Assembly (NCBI RefSeq): GCF_037042905.1
Contig: NC_087250.1
Location: forward strand, 7,690,001 to 7,754,000
Length of the DNA: 64,000 nt
Reading direction: 5' to 3'
Origin: Lytechinus pictus
Lineage: Eukaryota
Shown here: positions 50,597-62,998 of the stretch, piece after piece
How positions within the stretch are numbered: the stretch's first letter is position 1
Layout of the letters: every line of letters starts with the position of its first letter
Translations under genes and position numbers: made by a program
The notes under the pieces: model-generated
Seen by the model: only the letters and a program-made list of their open reading frames with translations
Told to the model about the DNA's origin: nothing
Databases searched by the model: none

Positions 50597-52150
50597 CTGC
50601 TGAACTTAATCTGCACTGTGAATGCTATAAAATCAATGGAATAATTAAACATAGTAAATAAAGAGTTACACGTTTAGCAAGGCTTTTCATTAATAGATTC
50701 ATAATGTATAGATTTTGAGATATCATGATTTGCTATGGATTATCAACAACAACACCACATATTCATTGGTCCATTGATGCCCTGTTTCATTAATAAAGTG
50801 CAACTGTACTTATAGAATATTCAAATTTAGTGCTGGAATTAACTGCTCAAAAGTATTGAAAAAAGGGGGAAAAACAGAGAAAATGGGAGAAATATTAGAG
50901 GAAAAAAGTAATAAAAGATGGGAAAAAAATGATTACCCCCCCAAAAAATGGGTCTTGAACACTTGATCATTTAACTAAAAAAAATGATACCCCTATTATC
51001 AGTTTCAGAAAAAAAAAAGATTTCATGTTCAAGTCATGTTGCCCCCTCTGTCAAACTGCCCTGCCCCCAAGTCTGCAGGCTGCAGGCACAGACCCTGATT
51101 GAAACTTTGATTAACAAGTGTGTCTCCACGCAAAGACTACCCCATACAGAACCTGCTGTTTCTATTCAGCGAGAGTGCCTTATCTACACAAGGCATGAGT
51201 AGGCTGCACATTCAGACCCTTATCCGAGTGAAGGGTTCGCCCAGCAGACTACCCCCCCCCTGGTTCCTGATGACAATTTTCATGTGGACATGAATTTCCT
51301 GGTAGAATTTGGCTTTAATAAATATTGTGAGATTATAATACACAGAGAAAATGAAAAATGATGAAAATCCATATTTTATTGTTCGAAATAGATATGAAAT
51401 GAAATACTCAGAAAATTAGCTTTGCCCAATTGATCGTGGGCCCGGCAGCCGCTGTGCAGCGCCAGATCGACGAGGCTCTATCCCTTTAATCGTTGAACGC
51501 CAAACAGGGTAGCAGCAACTCCCATCTTTTAACTTTTTTTGGTGTGATGCGGCCGGGGTTTGAACCCCCGACCTCCCGGTTGTGAGACGGATGCTCTACC
51601 AACTGAGCCAACACACCGGTTCAACATTTGTATTTACGCTGTCTGTTTTATACCATATGAACCTTACAGTAGTTTAAATAGTTTTATAAACAATTGTTTA
51701 AAATTTAAGAAAAAAAGGTTTATTTTTTTATATTTTATTCTCACTAACTTAAGCATGGTTAATTGTTTAGAATGTTAAACAACTACTGTAATTATCTTAT
51801 TGTAAAGAGAGTTGTTTAAAACTTTAACATCATTTTTACTGTGTATGATTCCTACCCTCACCTAGAAATTCAAGTGGTCCTAAATATATAATTTTCATGC
51901 TTTATTTTCATCCCTACACAGATGTATAATTTTTTGGGAAAACACCAGTTCTCCATTTCCTTGTTTCAGGGGTTTTTATTCCCAATGCATGAACATTTTT
52001 AACGATATCAGATTCTTTCCTCTTACAGCTCAATTACGAATTAGGCTAAATCATTACAATGGTATTTGAATACAATGAAAAAAAACTGAGAAATTGTATG
52101 AGTATCAATAACAGAGATAAATGACAGAAATAAAAAGATCATCAAAATGT
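50597..52150 (-). pseudogene. Possible decayed Ig-receptor gene, copy G
   Basis: Leader-like MIFLFLSFISVI; LSCKRKESDIVKNV; LNIL*VQL..ETG; TM-like VTLYLLCLIIPLIL; donor CAG|GTTTGT after 50597. Confidence 0.3.
51340..51619 (-). mobile_element. tRNA-derived SINE, Meta-like domain
   Basis: Minus strand: TGGCTCAGTTGG, GGTTCAAACCC, then ACCAAAAAAGTTAAAAGATGGGAGTTGCTGCTACCCTGTTTGGCGTTCA. Confidence 0.75.
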
Positions 52151-52616
52151 ACAGCTTTATCTAAAAAGGATGCCTAGAATAGCTTTTTGTTGCCGAATGA
52201 AAAAAAAAAAGATGAATTATAAAGTATCGATATCAAAGATCATAAAAAGAAAAAATTGACAATCAGAATGCACATCGTTATTAAAAAAAAGCTGCCTGTT
52301 GCCTGTAGGGTGATTTTGATAAATTTCTAAAGAGAGAGGGAGAGAGAGAGAGAGAGAATAAAAATATTTGTTAATTTATGTGTGGGAGGAATGGTACACA
52401 TACTTGTACTTGTAAACATGTCTGGTCTAATATTCCTCTTTGAAAAAAAAACCCAACCCTTTTTCCCCCATTCTTTCATGCATAAAGAGCAATACAAACC
52501 ACCACTATTTGTACCTTGGTTTGGCAAGTTAACACGGTGGTTTTGTAGAATTAACTTGAAGCTTAACTTGTAGATTTTTGTTTATGAACCGTTCATCTTA
52601 TCATCTGACCTCAGTA

Positions 52617-52952
52617 GTACCGTCTGCACCAGCCCGAGTTTTCAAATTAGCACGCTATTTCCGTGCTGGCAAATTATCCCGATCTGAACAATCTCGAGAT
52701 TATTTGTAATGGAGATGCAATTATCGCGCTAGTTCGCAGGATTAATCTCGATATTGCAATCCCAAGTCAACTTGGGATTATTTGCAAAATAGTGCGCTAT
52801 TTTACGATTATCCCGCTGATTCGCAGGTGCAGACGCACTCGGGATTATTTTATTCACGGCGTCAGACTATAATGCATATAGATGCCTCGCTCGAGCAGGA
52901 ATCGCTCTTCTTGCGATGGTGGAGACGGGGTTTCTTGAATCTCGAGATTAAT
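52617..52952. mobile_element. Harbinger-like MITE, truncated
   Basis: Reverse complement of about 32860-33190. Confidence 0.8.
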
Positions 52953-53425
52953 TATTTTCATTTGGTCCAATGCCAATTCCTCCATTGCCAACTCCTCCTA
53001 TTTGGTCTACCATCAGTTTGTCCAATATCCACTGGGCCTAATTGCCCTTTTCATCCACTCACCATTTAACCACTTGGTCCGGTCCATATACCATTTAGTC
53101 TAATTAGACCAAAGTGTTAATTGGGCAAAATAAATGAAAATAAAATGAGCATTAGACCAACTGGTCATGAGACGAAATGGTCATAGACCAACTGATGATT
53201 AGACGGAGTGACGATTGGACCAAATGGTTATTGGACCAACTGGTTGTTACATGTAGACTAAATGTTGATGGACGGAATGGCATAAGACTAAATGAAAGTA
53301 GACCATGTGGTGACTGGACGCGGTGGCAGTTGACGAATTGGCAATTTACCTTCAGTTTGTTATTGATAATTGACCAAAGCCGTTTAAACTGAACCACACT
53401 AACTATAATTGTAGATAGTACTTAA

Positions 53426-54028
53426 AGGTCAAGTCCACCCCAGAAAAATGCTGATTTGAATAAATAGAGAAAAATCAAACAAGCATAACACTGAAAATTT
53501 CATCAAAATTGGCTGTAAAATAAGAAAGTTATGACATTTTAAAGTTTCGCTTCATTTCACAAAACAGTTATATGCACATCTCGGTCGGTATGCAAATGAG
53601 GGAACTGATGACATCACTCACTCACTATTTCTTTTGTATTTTATTATATGAAATATGAAATATTTTGATTTTCTCGTCATTGTCATGTGAAATGTAGTTT
53701 CACTCCTTCCTGAAGACGTGGAATTCCAATATTTTAACATTTTGTGCTTCAGGCAAGGAGGTCCTAATCATCAAATTCGTAAAAATTGAAATATTGTGTA
53801 ATACAAACAATAAAAAACAAAAGAAATAATGAGTGAGTGACATCATCGACTCTCTCATTTGGATGTAAGTGGCTCGTTCATATAACTATTTTGTAAACAA
53901 TAAGCGAAACTTTGAAATGTCATAACTTTCTTATTTTACATCCGATTTTGATGATATTTTCAGCATTGTGCTTGTCTGATTTTTCTCTATTGATTCAAAT
54001 CAACATTTTTCTGAGGTGGACTTGGCCT
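53426..54028. mobile_element. Kolobok-like MITE (main family)
   Basis: TTAA TSDs; AGGTCAAGTCCACC TIR. Confidence 0.92.
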
Positions 54029-54450
54029 TTAAAACTATTTTACATGTATGCATCCAAGGACCTGCGGAATGGGTTTTCTATACTGTGCAACCTTCGAACT
54101 ATGTTGTCTGTTTGGAATTCAGATTTCCAGTTTTTCGATCATGTCGGTAATATGGCCAATATCATTCAGTATCACACAATACTTATTCAGTCACAAATAG
54201 TTGGTACCAGTACTGTGATTACACGTCTTTTACTGCATATGATGTAGTACTCTTAAAGGTTTTTCAATTACTTTTGTGACACCGTATAAACATAGCCATT
54301 ATTCGATACCACAGAATACTTATAAGGGTCTTAATCACTTTGGTGGTACTGTGTAAACACAGCCATTATTACATACCATATAATACTCTTTGAGCCCCCA
54401 AAGTGAGCGTTTTGTGTACACTACATATTCATATTTGCTCTGAAAAGCAG

Positions 54451-54540
54451 GGATATTTCAATTTCGGATTCAGGGACTACTTGATGCCCTTGCGGAAGAC
54501 GACAATAGATTCATGTTTAGCATTCTGGCAGATTCAGTAT
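54451..54540 (+). other. Candidate internal exon of the + strand gene
   Basis: AAGCAG acceptor; donor TAT|GTAAGC (or TCA|GTATGT); two open frames, one reading IFQFRIQGLLDALAEDDNRFMFSILADS. Confidence 0.35.
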
Positions 54541-55091
54541 GTAAGCCTTGGAAACAACAAAGGGGATCTTATTAGCGTGTTATTTAAATCTCTTTAACGG
54601 AGTCCGAACCAGATTGAGGGTTGGACATTAGGTATTCCTGAGGAGCATTTGATTCTCACTGGAAACAGTTATAAGCTATTGAAATCCTTGCATCTGATTG
54701 GCTCCGAACATATTAAGTGAAATCGCTATTGCTCTAGGAGATGCTCCCTAGGACACTTTTCTTTTGTACAAGCACCACTCGTTTACATTGACCAAGGAGC
54801 TCCTTGCATTGACCATGGATTCTTCATAAGGATGTTCATAAAGTACCACATGGCTTTATGAGTGACCTGAATATGTTGTTAGGATCTCATTCTCCTACAT
54901 AGTAATACAATATTTAGCGCAAGAAAGGGTCACCGGTCATCCGTAAAGTCATTTGTATTATAAATTACAGCTTTATGAAACACCAGGTCCAACAGTTGTC
55001 GAGGGAAAAAAAATGGGAAAAAATCCCAAAACAACTTTTTTTGAGGAATGTTTATTGTGAGAAACAGAGATGTTATACTTCAAATGAATTA

Positions 55092-56173
55092 CAGTCAGTC
55101 CGCAAGCCCCTGTGTTAATGAGCAAATGAGCAAGATTTATCCAAGTCCTCTCGTGGCTGAATTCATGTCCCTGCAAAATCTCGTGAATTGTGAGACTTTC
55201 TTTCTCAAAGAATTTAACCACTTTCTCCTTGAGTAATACTGATTATTTTTGTACCATGGGCAAGAGTAAATGTTACCCTTTTATACTGGTCATTTCTTTT
55301 GAATGAAATATTTTGATAAATAAGTGAATTTTTTACCTGAAAAGATGCATCAAATAGAATTTTCTTCCTCTGTTTTCACTTGCAAATTGTGCAACATTGT
55401 GTGTTTTAGGCACCAACATTATTTATATCATCAGAAAGCTCAAACTCTATACATTCTTACAATGTCACTCTTGATATGTGGCATCTTTTAGATGGGTCAG
55501 CAGCCAGTTATTTCCATCAAGATGCAAGACGAGATTTCTGAAATTTCTGAGTAACATAAAATCCAGAGTTCTGATTGGCTGAATACTGTTTTCAAAACAA
55601 ACAGGCGCGGGTAATTTGAAGAGATTACCACATGGTGAGTGTGACCTTGCAGAGGCCCAGTGTGGGGAACATTGGAATTTGCATGGGTGTGTGGTCTATG
55701 ACCAATCAGAGCGCAGTATTCTTGTTTTTGAGCTGCAAAATGTACTTGGCCTATGAAAAGCTGGCTGCTGACCCATCTAAAATACATCTTCTTATAAAAA
55801 TTATATCATATTAAAGCTTAGATCTTCAGCTTTATCATGATTTAAAAATCATTTGTGCCTAAACAGAAATTAAGTGTGAAAACAACAACTTTTGTTGCAT
55901 GAAAAAAAATATTTTGTTTCATGTTTTAGATCAAAAGTTTTTCCTATATTACAACATTCTTTTAAAAATCCAAACACATGACCTAAAAGAATGATTCTTC
56001 TTCTTTACAAAGATACCAAAAACATGAAATTTGGTCAATATTTAGAGCAGCAATGGCCGAATAAAAAGAGGTGTTTTGGTTCGCACCAAGCTCATTAACT
56101 ATGCAAAAACCCTCTTGTCATGAATATCACTTGGATAAAAGAAGCTACTTTTTCAGGGCTTGCGGACTGACTG
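55092..56173. mobile_element. Non-autonomous TIR element with 5-bp TSD
   Basis: AATTA|CAGTCAGTCCGCAAGCCC ... GGGCTTGCGGACTGACTG|AATTA. Confidence 0.85.
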
Positions 56174-56240
56174 AATTACCCGGATGATCATTGGGACTTT
56201 GTCACGTTGAGGGGTTGATTTAAAGAGCTTTTGTACTTAA

Positions 56241-56844
56241 AGGACAAGTCCACCCCAACAAAAAGATGATTTAAATAAAAAGAGAAAAATCCAACAAACA
56301 TAACATTGAAAATTTCATCAAAATCGGATGTAAGATAAGAAAGTTATGACATTTTAAAGTTTCGCTTAATTTCACAAAACAGTGAAGTGCACATCCCGGT
56401 CGGTATGCAAATGAGGGAACTGATGACATCACTCACTCACTATTTCTTTTGTATTTTATTATATGAGTCATATGGAATATTCTAATTTGCTCCTCATTGT
56501 CCTGTGTAACAAAGCTTTATTTCTCCCTGAACTTGTGGAATTACCATTGTTTAACATTTTATGGTTCAGTCAAGTTGGTCCTTATTGTCAAATCTGTAAA
56601 AATAGAAATATTGTATAATTCAAACAATAAAGAACAAAAGAAATAGTGAGTGAGGGACATCATCAATTCTCTCATTTGCATGTGACTAAATTGTGCATAT
56701 AACTATTTTGTGAAAATTAGCGAAACTTTAAAATGTCATAGCTTTCTTATTTTACATCCGATTTTGATGAAATTTTCAGCATTGTGCTTGTCTGATTTTT
56801 CTCTATGGATCCAAATCAACATTTTTCTGAGGTGGACTTGACCT
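56241..56844. mobile_element. Kolobok-like MITE (main family)
   Basis: TTAA TSDs and TIRs. Confidence 0.92.
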
Positions 56845-57388
56845 TTAACAAGATAACTTTATTGTAGCCTACCACTTGGTATTTCTTGTGGGCATATTCA
56901 AGCAGGGCACATCTTACAAAAGACGTACACTAGGAATCATCATCAAGAAAGGCACCCAAGCGGAATCCCTTTGTGCAGTGTCTCTGTCACTAGAATGGAA
57001 TTTAAACGGTGGTTGCTTGTGGCCCACATTTGGGAAAGTTGACAACCACCAATGTGAGACCTTGATTGAATGTTTATATGGATTCACTAAAATATGCATT
57101 TTGTAAACCATCATAGAATGACGTGGTTTGTGCCGTATGTCTAGTGGTTTTCGTGATAATAGTTGTATTCATTGGGCTCTGCTAAGTTTCTGGGATGAGC
57201 AGAAATCAACCAAACCTTGGTAGGAAGGTTCAGTGCAGGTTTTTTGACACGTTTTCCAGGTAATAATTAGGAGACAATTTGTGGCAGTTACATATGATTT
57301 CTGACTGTATGGCCCAACAAGTGTTGAATTTGAGAAACAAACTGTGAGACAGATATCATTAGTTTTCCAGGAAGTCTCCATAGGATTA

Positions 57389-57651
57389 AATTGTGATGAC
57401 TACTTCAACTGTAGTTTTGTGATGTTGACTTATTAAGGGAATTGGCCTGTGACATTCTAGGGTGCTTATGAGTTTTGTGTTGTAACTGATGGTCTTGGTT
57501 TCGTCTTCAGTCTCCATTGGTATCCAAGTAATTGTGATGACTACATCTGCTGTAGTTTTGTGATGTTGACTTATGAATGGAATTGGCCAGTGACATTCTA
57601 GGGTGCTTGTGATTTTTGTGTTGTACCTGATGGTCTTGGTTTCGTCCTCAG
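57389..57651. repeat. Tandem duplication with 141-bp period
   Basis: AATTGTGATGACTAC at 57389 and 57530 with colinear downstream sequence. Confidence 0.9.
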
Positions 57652-58992
57652 CAACTCCTGACTAGCCCTTGTAGCTCTTCCGTCCTTCTAGTCATCAGGA
57701 TCTGGAGCCAATTGAAGAAGTCTTGAGACGGTTCTGGGGAGTTGTTCAGCTGTAGTTGATATTTTGTTTATATAACGCCTTGACGGAATGAAACACTTAT
57801 TCCTTGTTGGCTGATCCATGGATCCTTAGTTGAGCCAAGTCCTGGATCTTGACTAAAACTCCTTGTGAACACTAGTTCCTAGATCTTGTTGTAGTATTCA
57901 CAACCCCAGCATTGTGGAAGTCTGGAAGATACAAGTGGAGGAATCTTTTGAAAATACTTTGGACAGAAGTTCTGGTCATACATGTTCTGACCTTTATAAG
58001 GTTTGTAAAAGAATCACCTGAACTTTGGTTCAAGTGAAGTTCCAGATATTGGAGACAAATCATTCATCCATTTTGTTTTGTAGATAACAAAGTACAACAT
58101 CTTGGAAATTTCATGCCATAATTGCTCAACAAAGTACCAATTGCCAAATCCGTGCAACATAAAACATTCTTTTTGTAAAGTTGCAAGTCTGTACAACCAG
58201 GGAATTCCCTCCAACAGTAAGAACAACAACACCATCTTCAAGGTAAAATGTTGGAATACTTCTGATGAGCGAGAAGCCATTGGATTTTAGGAAACAATCA
58301 TTCTCGTGGATAAATTGCCATTGATATCTGGTCTATTAGAACTTGGAATACACCATTTGATGCATAAAAAAGTATTTAGTACTATATTATCATCACCTTT
58401 GTCAAAAGACACAAAAACTGAAACCTTAGGATCTTGTACATTCGTTCTTGGAATATCAGTACTGGAATTTCACCTTGCAGTTCTGAAATAGCACTTATTT
58501 TTATAGATTCTATGTATATGCAGTCAACTATTTATAACTTTCATGGAGAAGTATTCTAAGCGACATTAACTGAACACTCTTGAAAAAGATCTGGCTTCAT
58601 TATTTCTGACTCTGTTTTGTTGTGCTTGAGTACTTGAGAAACAAGTTGAAATTGCCATGGCAACAGGTCCAGTGTTATCTTCCGTTACTGGGGTAAGTCT
58701 GTCAAAAATAAAATTTGACTTTTCAGAACTTTCACAATTCAGAACAGCGATTATGATAAAGGTATACCAGTTTTTACAAATAACCTGTTTATGAAAAAAA
58801 AACATGCCGAGGGCAGTTCTGTCCCTTAGCCCCACAGTTTCTTTCTATTAAAAGTTAAGTAAAAGTTGCCAATGTAGAAAGCCTTTAAGAGGTATAATCC
58901 TGTACAAACTGAAAATTTAGAAGGAAATATCACATTTGTTTATGTTCCTTAATGATAGTAGCAGTCCTCCTTCCTGTTATCAAAGAAATGAT

Positions 58993-59266
58993 CAGGGCCC
59001 CGTCTTACAAAGAGTTACGATTGAACGGATCAACCTCAACTGTATGGAAATCCATCAAGTCATAATTTTTCTACAGGAAATTTGCTCAATGTCGTTTATG
59101 AACAAAGAGAAGCACACTGAATTCTCAAAGAAATGACAAATGTATGAATATACATCATATCTTGAAAATATTCTGAACAAACATGCTTTTTAGATCTTGA
59201 CGTTGCTGGCTTTCCATAGTTGTTGTTGATCGGATCAATTGCAACTCTTTGTACGACGGTGCTCTG
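58993..59266. mobile_element. Harbinger-like MITE
   Basis: Reverse copy of 22933-23202. Confidence 0.85.
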
Positions 59267-59484
59267 ATCCTTATGAAAGCTACTTTGAATTTTGAACAGC
59301 TCTTGTTTATAGGAAGTTTCCATGTAATTCCTCCATGGCACATTGAATGCATAATAAGGGATAGATGCCTTCTACATGTATACAGAAATAAGATTTAAAA
59401 AGAATGGAAAATGAAGATTTACTTTTAAAGTATACGGTCCTTAAAATATAAATGAATATAGGGCTCTTTGGATATAATGATTTA

Positions 59485-59743
59485 ATAATAGGCATTTGTA
59501 TAGCGCCATCTATCTAGAAACAATCTAGTGCGAGGCGCATTGTTATTATTATTACCCCGGCTTTAGCTCGAGCTGCCTTTCAGCGTACGTGCATTCAAGG
59601 AATTAATTCTCCTCACCTGGGTCGAGTGCGGCACAGTGTGGATAAATTTCTTGCTGAAGGAAAACACGCCATGGCTAGGATTCGAACTTACGACCCTCTG
59701 TTTGAAAGGCGAGAGTCTGAACCCCCAGACCATGATGCGCCCA
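59485..59743 (-). mobile_element. tRNA-derived SINE, CORE-like
   Basis: Very similar to 33845-34123. Confidence 0.85.
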
Positions 59744-60659
59744 CTATATAGATTATCAGCTGATTGCTGCATTATATTTTGAGTATTTGATTTTACTTTG
59801 GATTCTGCAACATACATATAATTTGATGAACATATATCATTTACCTCTTTATAACTCCAAACAGGAAGACCAAGAAATGTTGATCAACATATTCTTTGTC
59901 ATGTTTGGAGTTAAAAAGAAGAGAATGAAGTAAAATCTGAAGAATCATTATTTTAAAGCCCTGTCACAAATCTCTCTGAGGTATTTGAACATAACACTGA
60001 AATTTCTTGTTAAAATAAAATAACCAACAAGTTGTAAACACCATATGGTATTATGGTAACAGCGATGGGCGTTGCATTTGCACCATGAATTTAACTCTGG
60101 TGTAAAATGGTTGGTATTTGTCCTCTGTAGACATTCACTGGTGTAGTTTTGACACCAATGTTTTATTGCAGGAAATTATTTCATCTGGGAAAACATGCCT
60201 GTATGTTTATTGGACTTTATATTTATTTCAATTTATTTTAAGTCATGTGACCTTATCTGCCTTTACAGTACACATATTTGATGTACAAACCAGTCATGGC
60301 ATAAGCATATGTATCTTTGTGGGTTGGGCATTCTGTTATCATATGTAAGTTACTCAATATATGTAAACTTGCCCAGGGAAATGATTTGAAAAGAAACAGA
60401 GTAATCTAAAGGTTGTATTCATTCAGGAACTATGGAACCAAAGGAATTTAAGATTGTATTTAGATCAGGGACTATCAAATTGCACTCTACCGTGACATAC
60501 AAAGCAGAATATAGAATAGTCTGTAGATTCATACTTCATATTGCCAAAAAGATTGATTCATAATTTCAATAGCATATTTGAGTTAAGCCCTGATCATTGT
60601 CAGGTTACTGTATTTTATGGGGAACTACCAGTTTTAATACACAAACATTGGACACAATG

Positions 60660-62998
60660 TCACCAATCACTTATATACACAACTTTTCACCAAACACAAA
60701 CCTTATACCCTATATACAGCATGTTACCATTTATTACAAACCTTATACCGTATCCTGTTACCAATTATTACAAACCTTACCTATTACCAATCATTGCAAA
60801 CCTTATACATGTTACCGAACATTAAAAACCTTATAGCTTGTTACCAATCATTATAAATCTTATACCCTATACATAGCTTGTTACCAATCATTATAAAACT
60901 TATACCCTATACACAGCTTGTTATTAATCATTACAAACCCTATACCCTATACACAGCTTGTTACCAATCATTACAAAATCCTATACCCTATACACAGCCT
61001 GTTACCAGTCATTACAAACCTTATACCCTACCCACAGCATGTTACCAATCATTACATACCTTATACCCAATACACAGCTTGTTATCAATCATTACAAACC
61101 TTATACCCTGTAGACAGCCTGTTTTCATTAATTACAAACCTGATAACCTGTACACAGCATGTTACCAATCATCACAAACCTTATACCCTGTTACCAAACA
61201 TTACAAACCTTATACCCTGTTACCAATCATTACAGATCTTATACCCTTTACACAGCTTGTTACCAATCATTACAAACCTTATACCATACCCTGTTACCAA
61301 TCATTACAAACCTTATACCCTATACACAGCTTGTTACCAATCTTGACAAAACTTATACCTTATACACAGCTTGTTATCATTCATTACAAACATTATACCC
61401 TGTTACCAAACATCACAAACCTTATACCCTGTTACCAATTATCACAAACCTTATACCCTGTTACCAAACATTACAGACCTTATACCCTGTTACCAAACAT
61501 TACAGACCTTATACCCTGTTGTCAATCATTACAAACCTGATACCCTATACACAACCTGTTACCAATAATTTCAAACCTTATACCCTATACACAGCTTGTT
61601 CCTAATCATCACAAACCTCAACCATGTTACCAAACATTACAAACCTTATACCCTATACGCAACTTGTTACCAATCATTACAAATCTTATACCTTATACAC
61701 AGCATGTTACCAATCATTACATACCTTATACCCTGTAGACAGCATGCTACCAATCATTACATACCTTATACCCTGTAGACAGTCTGTTACCAATCATTAC
61801 AAACATTATATCTCGTACACAGTCTGTTACTAATCATGACAAACCTTATACCCTGTACACAGCCAGTTACCAATCATTACATCATTATACCCTCTACACA
61901 GCTTGTTACCAATCATTACAAACCTTATTCCCTGTTACCAATCATTACAATCCTTTTACCCTGTTACCAATCATCACAGACCTTATACCCTGTTACCAAT
62001 CATCACAATCCTTATACCTGTTACCAATCATTACAATCCTTTTACCCTGTTACCGATCATCACAGACCTTATACCCTGTTACCAATCATTACAATCCTTA
62101 TACCTGTTACCAATCATTACAGACCTTATACCCTGTTACCATACATTACAAAACTTATACCCTGTTATCAATCATCACAAACCTTATACCCTGTTACCAA
62201 TCATCACAAACCTTATACCCTGTTACCAATCATTACAATCCTTATACCTGTTACCAATCATCACAAACCTTATACCCTGTTACCAATCATTAAAAACCTT
62301 ATACCCTGTTACCAATCATTACAATCCTTATACCCTGTTACCAATCATCACAAACCTTATACCCTGTTACCAATCATTACAATCCTTATACCCTGGTCCC
62401 TGTTACCAATCATCACAAACCTTATACCTTGTTATCAATCATTACAAACCTGATACCTTGTTATCAATCATTACAAACCTGATACCCTATACACAACCTG
62501 TTACCAATCATTACAGATCTTATACCCTTTACACAGCCTGTTACCAATCATTACAAACATTATATCCTGTACACAGTCTGTTACTAATCATGACAAACTT
62601 TATACCCTGTACACAGCCAGTTACCAATCATTACAAACATTATATCCCGTACACAGCTTGTTACTAATCATGACAAACTTTATACCCTGTTACCAATCAT
62701 TACAATCCTTATACCCTGTTACCGATCATCACAAACCTTATACCCTGTTACCAATCATTACAAACCTTATACCTGTTACCAATAATTACAAACATTATAC
62801 CCTGTACACAGCCTGTTACCAATCATTACAATCCTTATACCATACCCTGTTACCAATCTTGAAAAATCTTATACCCTATACACAGCTTGTTACCAATCAT
62901 TACAAACCTTATACCCTCTTACCAATCATTACAAACCTTATACCCTGTTACCAATCATTACAGACCTTATACCCTGTTACCAATTATTACAGACCTTG
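60660..62998 (+). repeat. Minisatellite array of 29-bp and 40-bp units
   Basis: TGTTACCAATCATTACAAACCTTATACCC, with or without TATACACAGCT. Confidence 0.95.

Larger units (their letters stand above)
56873..60184 (-). pseudogene. Decayed multi-Ig-domain membrane receptor with S/T/P-rich stalk, copy E
   Basis: Acceptor TTTTCCCAG at 60185; LLVILF*QEISVLC; FVTGL*NND..FFLTPN..NISW; VEG..C..GITWKL; LLLSLRNINKCD; NWYTFIIIAVLN; LTPVTEDNTG; TFLC..SNRPDI/QWQF; stalk repeats; WVPFLMMIPSV; donor GTAGGC after 56873; local DNA similarity to copy A. Confidence 0.6.

Noticed and set aside
60660..62998. CRISPR-like repeat of about 29 bp
   Set aside because: No unique spacers, no cas genes, eukaryotic context
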